A model generated the notes under the pieces. That model saw only the letters and a program-made list of their open reading frames with translations, searched no databases and was not told where the DNA came from. A stretch of DNA of 49,010 nt from Ministeria vibrans ATCC 50519. Lineage: Eukaryota > Protista > Filasterea. The stretch covers positions 80,285 to 129,294 of the forward strand of contig CALSCP010002017.1 in the NCBI GenBank assembly GCA_943704425.1. The letters run 5' to 3'. Each line of letters starts with the position of its first letter. The stretch's first letter is position 1. The position numbers and the translations under genes were made by a program. This document shows positions 1 to 12,181 of the stretch, piece after piece.

Positions 1-78
1 ATTGTGCACTTTTCTGTTTTTTTTTTTTTTTCGTTGTTGAATTGCATCTCCGTGACTGATTTTACCCGTGTTGTTCAG

Positions 79-661
79 GTCACTTGGCAAGAAACGGTAC
101 TTGATTCGACCGGCGCCGCGCATTGTAGTGAGGCACGAGGCAGAGGACACGTGTGGGGGTATGTATGTGCGTGCCGAGCTGGTGCAGGGGGACGACGAGC
201 AGGTGTGCGAGCGGGCCCTGGACGGGGATGTCATTGAAGTGCCCCTTAGCAGCGCACTCTCCACCGAAGTGACCTTTTCGCGTCTCTGTTGCATGATCAT
301 GCCCAAAAAACTCCAACAAAACGGCAAACTACGTCTGAAATTCACACTGCACTGCAACTGTCACAACACAGCAGCACGACAGTCACCAATTCCGCACGCA
401 TGGTGTCTCTCGTCGCCCTTTCGGCTCTTCTCCAACTACGGCCAGATGACGGCGCACCAGCGCACCGAGTTCATGCAATCTAGCTCGCGCCCCCGCTCAG
501 CCCTTGCGTCGCCTCTCGCGCTACCCCCGGCGCCGCTTCCACTCCCCCCGTCCCCTTCCACGCCTTCGTCGACCCTCCTGTCTCCCGCTCACTCTACTCG
601 GAAGCGTCGTCGTGTCAATCTTTCTCAGTCCTTCGACCTTTATCATTCTGATGACGATTGA
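79..661 (+). CDS. 3' exon of a putative p53/STAT-like Ig-fold DNA-binding protein (5' part outside window)
   Basis: Acceptor ttgttcag at 78, then an open frame to TGA 661. ...KLRLKFTL...CLSSPFRLFSNYGQM resembles the end of STAT-type DNA-binding domains (SxPxxxxSNxxQ). It is followed by a Pro/Ser-rich region and a basic NLS-like RKRRR. Family call is inference. Confidence 0.45.
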
Positions 662-776
662 GTTCTTTCCTTCTCTTTCTTTGCGTGTGTTGTTTGTGTG
701 TGTGTGTGTGTTTTTGATTCTTCTTCGTATTTTCTGTTTTCGTTTTATGCAATCTTTGTACAATAAACAATTTTGA

Positions 777-2447
777 TCACTTTCGTTTTCTGACTTTTGA
801 ATTTGGTTTTCCTTTCTTCCCTTTCTTTCCTTTCTTCTTCTTCTTCTTCTTTTTGGGAAGTCCTAAACAAAAACAGATTCAGCGGTGACATTTGTCTTTG
901 CGACGTTCTCTCTGATTGATTTAGTGTGAGTATCCTTGTGTGAGTGTGAGGGAGTAATTTGCGTCACTCCATCTGATTGATTTAGTGTGAGTATCCTTGT
1001 GTGAGTGTGTATGTCACTCTCTGATTCATTTGTGTGCGCGTGTGGTGTGTGTCACTCTGAGTGATCTTTCTCTCTCAATCTCAGTGAGTTGTGCTGCGTA
1101 CCTCTGCGAACCATTTCGCCCCTCCACCAACACTGGATGAGAAGTGCTGCGCTGTACTGTCGCAATGCCTCTTTGGCCTTGGCCTCGGCCTCTTCCTTTA
1201 CCCGCCGCTCATCAAGCACGACGCTCTCCATTGCGCAGTACTGCTTCGTCAACTCGTCACACCGGCTCAGGTCCCGAGTGCGCCCTACGACAGTAAGATG
1301 GTTGTATTAGAGTCAGGGTTAGAATTAACGTCAGGATTAAGGTCACACTGACAGAGTTGCATTTTTCATTAGGATTGAGACTATTTCGTTGCAACTGTGA
1401 CATCTACTTACCATTTTTGAGAGCCTCGAGCTCGCGTGACTTGGCCTCAAAGTCCGTCTCAAACTTGTCTGCCCATTGCTCGACCTCCCGTTCCAATTGC
1501 GCCGTCCGCATCGTCAAAAAGCGCTCCATCTCCAATTGCACGCGTCCTTCCACGCGTTCCCTCTGCTCCCACTCTGCTCTTTGCTCCTCCAACACCCTCT
1601 CCTGCTCCTGCACCGCCCATTCAAACCCTTCCAGCGCACTCGCCCGCAGCGCACACTCCCGTCTCGCTCCTGCCTCACTCGCCACTCGGCTACTTCTCAC
1701 CCGCCCTCGTTGCTCCGCCACCCTCTGTTCCAATTCTTTCAATCGCTCTTTCCCTTCCGTTTCCACCCGTGAAATCTCACATTTCAATCTACACCCAATA
1801 AAAAGATTGATCCTCAATTATTTTTAAATGTTTTTGCTACTCACCGTTCAATTTCAAGTGCCGTATCACATTCGCTCGCAAGCGTCGTTGAAAGCAAGTC
1901 TTGGGTTCTACGCTCGCATTCCACATAGTCGACGAGCGTCTCAAACTGTTGGGAGCGTGTCAGCTCGGTGCGTGTCCGCTCAAACGTGTCCATCAGACTG
2001 TGACATTCGCGTTGCACTTTGCGCGCGTACGCTTCCTTTGCATGCCCTACACCGCACATAGATAAACACCCCCTGCAGGTTGTGTTCTTCAGCTTACGTT
2101 CTCGTTCGTGTTCGCGTTGAAGTGTTTTTGAGCGAGTGGGTTTTCTCGACAACACGGGCTCTTCGTGCTCGCTGGCCGAAACGCCGTGGATAATGGACAG
2201 CTGAAGGAGTGCATCTTCCAGAACACTCGACATCATAACGCTCTATTGGGCAATGCGCACGAAGTCGTGTGAGTACCGACAGAAAGGGGTCCTTTTCATA
2301 CCGTTGCTGCGCTCAGTTCATATTGGTTTTGAGACCTACGTGAAAAGAGAAAAGCAGTGTAGCCATTGAGCGATCATCAGAGCAACCCGTAAAGACACAC
2401 CGACTGCCAGGGCCCAAGAGCAAGGGTAGCGCCTCGCGTGGCTCCAT
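777..2447 (-). CDS. IQCG: IQ motif-containing G / dynein regulatory complex subunit 9 (multi-exon)
   Basis: Coiled-coil exons (ORFs 1841-2236, 1404-1817, 1052-1252) and the IQ motif AALLIQCWWRGEMVRRG. Splicing at donor 1101 / acceptor 863 adds a Lys-rich tail LPKKKKKKKKGKKGKKGK ending at TGA 777. Start 2447 (MEPREAL...) is inferred from splice sites. Confidence 0.8.
911..1060. repeat. Intronic tandem repeat, ~61 bp period, about 2.5 copies
   Basis: tctgattgatttagtgtgagtatccttgtgtgagtgtg at 911 and 972, with a degenerate third copy near 1020. Lies in the last IQCG intron. Confidence 0.85.
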
Positions 2448-2776
2448 TCAGAAAGATACTGGTTGTCTTGGCAACGGAAAAAAAAGAACAACTGAATGTT
2501 TTCACAGCCAATGCCCAAAGAAATGGAAGAGACAGAAGAGTTGGTCAGTTGTTATACAAGAAGGGTTCTAAATGAAGAGAAAAGAAAATAATAAGTACTA
2601 TTAATTATTTTAATTCATATTATTAAACACTTTGCTCGACACTGAACATTTGACACACTCACAGACAGACTCACTCACTCACCTTACACTTGTATGACAC
2701 AGTCTGAATAATAGTAAAAACAATACTAATAATAATTATAATTATTATTTTTATTGATTCAAGCGGACATACTGAA

Positions 2777-4254
2777 TTAGAGAGCGTTGTGCTCAATCAC
2801 AATGGAATTGGGGCCATTGGTGGCAATGGTCCCACCACAATCAGTTGCGGGAGTCATCTTCCACAAGGGACTGAGCTCCTTGCCATTGGCGCCGTACGAG
2901 TGCATGTCGGAAAAGGTCATTTTGCCGCGCGCAAGGTCATCGCACTCTTTAATGTTGTACACTTCCAGTGTCGTATCAAGCCACTACACCAAAAATTTCA
3001 TGTCATGCATCACAGCACAGAAAGAAAAGCGTACGTTGAACCAGCGCTGCTCTGCGTCACATCTACACATTAATAGAGAGCTGTCAGAAGGACACACCAC
3101 ACACTCTATCTCTCTTTCCTCTCTCTGTATCTGTACTGGAGGGTCGTGCTGATGGTCGCATTGGCTGCGTCGGTGAATGCACTTACAACAAGGTACTCCT
3201 CATTGCCCGGCTTGTCGCTCGTCTCCTCAATCGAACCGTACAAAGTATCTCCCTACTCCACACACACACACATACATACACGTATCATTCTTGCCCTCAC
3301 ACTCTTGCTATGATACCGCTTTGAATCCTTGAAAGGGCTGCGAGCTCACTGTGAAGTTCTTAGGGCAGCAGTACCAACTGGCCATGCTCCAGCCAGTGAG
3401 GCCATTGCCCCATCTACCTATTATTTTAGCAGTGTGTCTGTGAGGTGTGCTTTGGCGTACGTCAGCACCGGCTGCAGAATGGACAGTGTCTTGTTCTTTC
3501 CGCCGTTGTTATTTTGTGAGCCGATGAAATAGAAGAGCACAGGCTGCAAAAATAACAACCAAGATAACAACCAGGTCAGCACAAAGTCACGCAACCTGCG
3601 GCCCCTACATCCGCCGACTGCGACTTGGGGTCCTCCGGCACGGTGTACAGCGACGTGAACTTGGTCATGGGCAGCTCGTCCGTCGTCAGGTAGTACCCCG
3701 CGTTGTCAAGCCAGCCTAAACCAAACAGGTCAGCTTGCTGCTTCTCCACGCGCGACACACACTGAAACAGCTGGTTATGCGGCAAGCAAAAGAAAGGAGT
3801 CTAAACCAAAGTCGCAAAAACAAACAAGACGGCATTGTGGCCGTCGCCGGGCATGCGCACCGACACCGCCGGCATGAATGTAGGGAAAAGGCACTGGGAA
3901 ACACGCACGGGCGTCGCCGGGCATGGGCACGGGCGCCGCAAGCACGTAGAGAGGGGAAAGGGAGCGCACTCAGGGTTGAACTTTCGTACCGTCCGGAATG
4001 GACGCTCCAACAGAAGCGGAACGCGCCGATTTGTCGGGCATTTGGCAGTTAGGGTTGCTGCGAATAGACCGGAGGAGGGCACCCTCGGCGGTGTGCACGT
4101 CGATTCCGGTTTCAGTCTCGATAACTTTCGAGCCGTGCGGGACAGTCACAACACACTCGTCAAGGGTCTCTCCAAAGGGAGTCAGCCTTGTCTTTGAGGC
4201 ATCGCCGAGTGCAATCAATGCGCAGAGTGCGACGAGGAGAGATTTCGTATGCAT
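2777..4254 (-). CDS. Secreted protein, probable glutamic-peptidase (G1/neprosin-like) fold, multi-exon
   Basis: Signal peptide MHTKSLLVALCALIALGDA and a propeptide-like LTPFG..ECVVTVPHG. The spliced mature part reads PDG|WLDNAGYY, YTVPEDP, LFYFIG, SILQPVLTY, WSMASWYCCP, TLEVYNI..C and ends IEHNAL*. The Gln in ILQPVL and the Glu in TLEVY fit a Q/E dyad (inference). Confidence 0.6.
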
Positions 4255-4322
4255 CCTGGCAGTAAATTGATTGGTGAGTAAACTGAAACTCAGCCTCAAC
4301 TGATCTTACCACTTCTCGCTAC

Positions 4323-4350
4323 GGTCGTCGGTCGTCGGTCGTCGGTCGTC
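4323..4350. repeat. (GGTCGTC)x4 tandem repeat in a 122-bp divergent intergenic region
   Basis: ggtcgtcggtcgtcggtcgtcggtcgtc seen directly, between the ATGs at 4254 (-) and 4377 (+). Confidence 0.8.
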
Positions 4351-4376
4351 CCCACCTTTTTCTCTTCTCTTGACCA

Positions 4377-5938
4377 ATGTCTCACGACGAGTGCCGGCGT
4401 TACTTTCCCCACCTTGTTGAGTGTGGTTGGATCTTTGCCGAGAATGCGGGAGGTAGACACAAAAGAACATTGCTCACACTGTGGTTTCACACCTGTGCTT
4501 AGGATCACAGGTTCCAACGCAGTTGATCGACACCGTGTCGCACTACTTTCGTAACAACTACGCACAGCTATCAGCTGGCTACCCCATGTCCGACCGCGCT
4601 ACGGCAACGGTGAACGTAAGAAGGGAGAGAGCAGAAATAGTATTCGTGGTTTCATGTTGACTTTTGAACTTGCGCATCAGAAAGCGCACAGCTTTGTCGA
4701 AACCCTCATGAATGCGCCGGCGTCCTCTGTCATGCTTGGCAGCAGCTCCACGTCGCTTATCTACGAAATGGCGCAGTGCTTTGGAGGCATCCTGGCGGCA
4801 GGCGACGAGGTCATCGTGGCTGAGTGCGCACACGAAGCAAACGCAGGACCCGTACGCCACACTCATGCGGAGAAAGAGAGAGAGGGAGAGAGAGCTTCCT
4901 GCCCGTCGTCTAAGACTCCGTTTCTAGTGGACACGTGCAGCGACTGCGGCAGGAGCCACGGTGCGCACATGGACAGCCAACAAGCCAGCAGACGTGCACA
5001 GCGTGCCCGCAGACCATTCGTGGCAGACGCTCTCTCAACTCACTCCACTGCTCAACTCACACACGCGCATTGTTGCTTTTCCGCATGTCTCCAATCTACT
5101 TGGTGAGATCACCGACGTTGCAGCAGTCACACGGGCCATCCGCGCAAACGCACCCAATGCCATTGTAAGGAGAATGGCATTGTCTCATTTAATTACTCCG
5201 CGTCTACACATAGGTTTGTGTGGATGGAGTTGCGTTTGCTCCTCATCGCGCAATCGACGTCACTGCGTGGGATGTAGATCTTTACGTCTTCTCCACATAC
5301 AAAGTAACACCTCCCTAAACAGCAATCGTCTCTTCTCACTTGCCGACCTAACTCTTCTCTCCTCTCTTGTCTTTTGCAACAAAAGGTGTTTGGTCCTCAT
5401 ATGGGCGCAATGTTTGTCCACGACCGAGTTCGTTCACTTGTACAGGGCCCAAACCACTATTTTGTGCCGGCCAATGAGTTTCCGTACAAGTTTGAGTTGG
5501 GCGGTTGCTCACACGAAGGTCAGCTGTCACACTCACACACACAAAGTCGCACAAAGAGCTCAAACTCACTGTCACCCCGTCACTCGTTGGGTTTGTAGGA
5601 TGCGCTGGTTTGTTGGGAACAGAACAGTATTTGCGCGCAATTGGACGAGGAAAGGGGGAGAGCCCAGGAGAAGAGGAAGGGCAAATCACCCGAAGCGAAG
5701 TGGAAAGAGCATTTTCTCGAATTGCGGAATGGGGTACATGCCATCAAGCACGTTGAATCTCCGCAGTGCAACACTCACACTCTTTTTTGTTAGAGCGAGA
5801 AGGGCAAGAAATTCTATTGGAGTATCTGAATGGAGCAGAAGAAGTGAGTGTTGTTGGGCCAGCCAGTTCGTGTGTGTCTGTGCGCGTTCCAACAGGTTCG
5901 GAATGAGCACACCTTGAAATGTCTTAATGACCGACTGA

Positions 5939-6017
<79 letters not shown>

Positions 6018-6261
6018 TGTGTGTTGCTCAATTTTAGTCTCGTTTGTGCATCGCACTGTGAAACCGAGTGCGATTGTGACACATCTGCACTCGAAGCGCA
6101 TTGCAGTACGGAATGGGCACATGTACGCACATCGACTGACTGTGGCACTGGGACTTGATGTCGAGCAAGGAGTTGTCCGTGTCTCACTCGCCCACTACAA
6201 CACACCAGCGGAAGTCCGCTACATTGTCGACGCACTCAAAGAACTGTTTGTGACAACATGA
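4377..6261 (+). CDS. Aminotransferase class V / cysteine-desulfurase-like PLP enzyme (VC1184-type subfamily), multi-exon
   Basis: MSHDECRRYFPHL..WIFAENAGG|SQVP, HEANAGP, FPHVSNLLG, VDGVAFAPHR, PLP-lysine motif FSTYK|VFGPHMG, IAVRNGHMYA, GVVRVSLAHYNTPAEV; stop at 6261. Confidence 0.85.
5941..6023. repeat. (GT)n microsatellite in an intron
   Basis: Seen directly; it is the source of spurious CVCV/HTHT ORFs. Confidence 0.95.
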
Positions 6262-6825
6262 ATGAAAAAATGTGGATTTTGAATAGGAAAAAAATGTCAA
6301 TTTGATCTTCTACAATGTTACTTTGCGAACAAGCAAATTAAAAATTCAATAATAGTCGCTTTGAACATGTGCATTTATTGTGTGGCTTTTGGGTGTGTCT
6401 GACAGTAAGACAAAGCAACAGTTTAACGGGAGATGAGAGATAAACTCCACTGTTCGATTGTGCTAATAACTCCGTCTTGTCATTTGTTGTGTACTTGAAC
6501 ATTCAACGGGAACACCGAAATTCCGACATACATTGCATGGGGTCACTGGGATTTAACCTGCTTAAAATGTGCCAAAGAAGATTTACACAATAATATTCAA
6601 CTGGGCGGAATCTTCGCGGAATTATTTTAGTTATTCATGATACAGTCACCAGTCACCAGTCACTCACTTACACACTACGCAAAAGCACAGCCAAGCGAGT
6701 AAAGCAAGCTAAGCTAGTGAGGCCACCATGGTAAACTCAGCCAAAACTCGCTCTAGTAGGTAGTTCGAATAGGAATAAACGAAGTGAAAATTACTCGGAT
6801 ACCAAATTTATTTGATTTTTCAACA

Positions 6826-8454
6826 ATGGCCTCTGCTACTTCCGCTGACGACGACGACCCTCTTGCCCTGTTCGCGTCCATGTCGGCCCAAGCCGGAAGT
6901 GGCTCGACCCCAGCCTCCTCCAACGAAGCCCCTGCGGCTGTCGCTGCCGTGGAGCAGCTGGCGGGGCCGTCGCAGTCGTCGCCGTCGTCGAGCGACTTTA
7001 TTGAACAGTCGCCACTCGTCTCTCTCGTCGTCTCGATCACCACCGACATCAGCAACCCACTGCCCTGCATCATCTGCGACGCCTCGTTTGCCGGCACCGA
7101 CCAGCAGCCCTACTTGCTGCATCTGCTCGAGCACCACAGGATTGTCATTGCCAAAGTTGAGCGCGTTGCTCAACTCGACGCCTACGTGCGCCACTGGCGC
7201 CAGCGCCTTCGCCAGTGCGTGCCCGAGCAGCATCATGCCGACCCCCAGCGCCTGCTTGACGCCCTTCCCCTGTTCGCGTCCGTCATCCGCGCGACAACGA
7301 CGACGCCAAGTGCGTCCGTCACCGACGATTTCTACTTCCTTCTTGGCAACGTTCTCGACGAAGACAAGGCGTTGCGTGCGTCGCTCGGCCGCGCTCGAGT
7401 CAAAGCGGTGCTTGCGCAACAAGAGCGCGAGCGGCAATCCACTGCGTTTGCAAGTGAATGCCTCTTTTGCCGGCAACAGTGTCACGGCAACCGTCGCGAC
7501 CTTCTCGACCACATGCACACCGAGCATGGCTTCTCCATGGGCCACCCGGACAACCTTGTCTTTGTCGAGGACTTTGTTGCGCTGCTCCGTCGAAACATGC
7601 GCGACCATCGCTGTCTGTTTTGCGAGCGACTCTTCAAGAGCCGCGACGTCCTCAAGAGTCACATGCGAAAGAAGCGGCACGTTCGCCTCAGCTCAAACTC
7701 CATATACGATCGGCACTTTCTCATCAACTATTTGGATCCGGGTGTGCGCTGGGAAGAACTGCGTCGCGAACCGGACGAACTGCTCATCAGAGTGCGCAGA
7801 GAAAAGAGCGAGGATGAACTGTCGGCGGAAGAAGACGAAGAGGAAGAGGAAGACGAAGAAGTAGAAGAAGAAGAAGAGGAGGACGAAGAAGAAAAAGGAG
7901 CAGTGGAGGAGGTGAAGGGAGAAGGAAAGTTTGGGGAAGCACGGGAGGATGCATTGCGGTGTAGTGGCCGTGGGAGAGCGAGTGAGGCGGAGGAGGCTAC
8001 GCGTTGTCTGTTCTGTTCGCACACGAGTGTGTCTCCCAGCTCCACTTTCACTCACATGCAGAGTGCGCATTGCTTTGATTTCTGGTCGGTCTCGCGCACT
8101 CTTCGTATTGGATTTTACGGGCGAGTCAAACTGGTCAATTATATTCGTCACGAGACGCTCTCACTGCGCTGTCTGCACTGCGCACACGACACACCATTCG
8201 CATCCGCCAACGCACTCAGCGCACACTACACTCAGTTTCCATTGCACTGCACTCTTGACAGTGCCAGCGATTGTTCCTTTCTCACCCAACCACAGTACTT
8301 CTTTCCCACTCTCGACAATGATCCTCTCTTGTGCTGTCTTGCCCACACACACATCGGACCACAACAGACAGGAGAGGAACAAGAAGACGATTTTAGCGAT
8401 GAAGAGTGCGCCATTCCAGAGCCCCTGCCGCACATTGACCCAATTGTATTGTAA
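6826..8454 (+). CDS. ZNF277: Zinc finger protein 277 (C2H2, Rei1-like), single exon
   Basis: CIIC..HLLEHHRIVI, DEDKALR, QERERQ..F..CLFC, HMHTEHGFSMGHPDNLVFV, CLFCERLFK..LKSHMRKKRH, YDRHFLINYL, FYGRVKLVNYIR, QYFFPTLDNDPLL. First ATG in frame is 6826. Confidence 0.9.
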   Translation: MASATSADDDDPLALFASMSAQAGSGSTPASSNEAPAAVAAVEQLAGPSQSSPSSSDFIEQSPLVSLVVSITTDISNPLPCIICDASFAGTDQQPYLLHLLEHHRIVIAKVERVAQLDAYVRHWRQRLRQCVPEQHHADPQRLLDALPLFASVIRATTTTPSASVTDDFYFLLGNVLDEDKALRASLGRARVKAVLAQQERERQSTAFASECLFCRQQCHGNRRDLLDHMHTEHGFSMGHPDNLVFVEDFVALLRRNMRDHRCLFCERLFKSRDVLKSHMRKKRHVRLSSNSIYDRHFLINYLDPGVRWEELRREPDELLIRVRREKSEDELSAEEDEEEEEDEEVEEEEEEDEEEKGAVEEVKGEGKFGEAREDALRCSGRGRASEAEEATRCLFCSHTSVSPSSTFTHMQSAHCFDFWSVSRTLRIGFYGRVKLVNYIRHETLSLRCLHCAHDTPFASANALSAHYTQFPLHCTLDSASDCSFLTQPQYFFPTLDNDPLLCCLAHTHIGPQQTGEEQEDDFSDEECAIPEPLPHIDPIVL

Positions 8455-8499
8455 ATTAATAATGATTGTATAATAATACCATTATTATTGAGATTTCTT

Positions 8500-9392
<893 letters not shown>

Positions 9393-9395
9393 CTA

Positions 9396-9931
<536 letters not shown>

Positions 9932-9944
9932 TCATTTTTTTTAT

Positions 9945-12137
9945 ATGTCTTCTTGCACCCTCATCGCCGCGCTTCTGTTTGTGGTTTTTGCAGTTGCGCG
10001 GCCAGAGGTTGTGGAGCGGCTTTCGGATGCAAGGCGGAAGTCTCTTCGCGACGCATCGTTGTGTGGCACCAACACGTCGACGCCGCTGGGCATTGACCAG
10101 GTACACGCGTGTAGCCTGCTCCCCCCCCCTCCCTCACCTTCTCTCCATTTCACTCGCCGCTTTCGTCCTTTCACTCTATTTTGACTCGTTCCGAGACAAA
10201 AATATATATCGGCGTCTTTTTTTGAAATGGAAATAATTATCACTCTGTCCCACAGGAGTTCGCTGTCAATCTCCTGAATTCGTCCATGGCAAGCATCACT
10301 GTGCCACCCGGTGCCTTATTCAACGGCCAGCTGTTCCCCTTCGTTGTCGCACGGCCCGTCCTGGTCGATTTTAGCGGCGCCGTTCTGCGCTGCTGTTCGT
10401 CACTTCTCTCCGCGCTCGTTATCGACTCTGACGGCGTCTCCTTGGCCAACTTCACCATTACGGGCTGTCGAGGACAGTCGGCTGTGCATCTCAGGCCACA
10501 GGCGTCGCTCGTTCTCAGCGACGCGACCTTTTTTGAGAACGGTCCCGACGCGACATTGCTTGCATCTCTCGCGCTCCACACAGCCGCAGTCTCGCTGCCG
10601 TTCCTCGTGGAAACATCTCCAGTCTACGTGCCGGGGATCCAGGTGGACTCGCAAGCGGCGCTGGTGGGAACTCGGCTGCGTTTCGATACGCTTGCGGGGT
10701 TGCCGTCTGGAGCGATTCTTGCTGCTGGTAACACCTCGGTCAGCTTGCTCCATTCGACCTTTGACTCGTGTCAAGGGACCCACGCCGGCGCTTTTGCGGT
10801 GCTCAGAAGTCGTTTTAACATGACGGAGTGCATCGTGCGCGGAACCAGCTCGCTTCAGGGCGCCGGAGTGGCTCGGATTGACGACGGCTCATCTGTCACT
10901 GTTGCTCGCTCTCTCTTTGACGGCTGCTCGGGGTACGCCTCGGGTGCACTGCTTGCTAGTGGTGCGACCTTTGTTGATATCACCAACTCACAGTTTGTGA
11001 ACTGTCGTGCTGGCGGCACGACCGCCACCACGGAAGGTTTTGGGGGTGCCATGACGCTTGCCGACTTTGCTTCTGCCACTGTCTTGCGCTGCTCCTTCAC
11101 GCACTGCCACTCAAACGGCGGCGGTGGTGCACTCAGCTTTGCCTCTGTTACACCTTCTATTGTACAGCACTGTGTGTTTGCCGAGAACACGGCGCTCGTC
11201 GAAGGTGGCGATGTGTACGTGTCACACTCGACTCAACTTTCCCTCCTCGACTGCACCTTCGACTCGTCCGCTGCTCCCGTTGGCGCGTCCCTCTCGGCCC
11301 ATGGCGACGCCACAGTTTCCTATTTGCGATGCAATGCGACACAACACGCTGCGAACATTGGAGGGTTTCTTGCGGCCTCTCAATCCGCCACCGTTCTCAT
11401 GAGCTTCGTCACCGTTTCACGCGTCGCTGCTCATCTCGGTGGTTTTGCTGCCCTCCTTCTCTCCAGTGCCTTTCGGGCCACCCACCTTACCGTCGTTGAT
11501 TCGACAGCTGCAAGTCGCGGTGGCGCGTTTCATCTTGATCATGCCGCCACAATGGAGTGCGACGCGTGTCTTTTTCGCAACGTCACGGCCGATTTTGGTG
11601 GCGCGCTCCACTGCACGTCGGGCGCAACGGTGAGCGCCAGTCACTCGCAATTCCTTGACAACATTGCCACGAGGAGCGGTGGCGCTGTGTACACCATGCA
11701 ACAGTGCACTGTTACCTTTTTAAATTGCACCCTCACCGGCAACGAAGCGCTCCTGAGCACCGGCGGTGCGCTGGCCGCGTTGCACGAGACCACTCTCACA
11801 CTGGCAGAGTCCCACCTGGCGGGGAACACCGCGCCCAGTGGCGGTGCTCTTTCCGTCTGCGGGCCCGTGCAGGTAACCATTGTAGGCTGTACCTTTACCA
11901 AGAACCGCGCCATCAAACAGAACGGTGGAGCACTGCTGGCGTCAGTCGATGACGCAGTCGCACGTGGCATTGCCCAAGAACGGTCTCTCGATGCGCTCGT
12001 GGCATCTCTCGTTGAACTCGAAGCCGAGCACACTCGGTGGTCCGTCACTCCCGAAGTGACACTGCTCACGTCGCTCAATAGCACTAACTGGGCGAGCATC
12101 TTTCCCAGTTCTAGTGCCACCTCCAATACTGCAACAA

Positions 12138-12181
<44 letters not shown>

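Noticed and set aside
3965-3990. In-frame TGA (KVQP*) followed by a GT, suggesting selenocysteine or readthrough
   Set aside because: An upstream gtacga donor at 3989 splices in phase to give PDG|WLDNAG, which places the TGA in the intron.
5924-6235. ORFs rich in CVCV, HTHT, SLSL or RERE (also near 9320-9570, 21991-22248, 30609-31136, 40450-40703, 43701-44134)
   Set aside because: They are translations of intronic dinucleotide microsatellites.
6812-7864. Long overlapping alternative-frame and antisense ORFs over ZNF277 (similarly over CPT1, SSRP1, NUP58, EML)
   Set aside because: Shadow ORFs expected in GC-rich coding DNA; no recognisable motifs.
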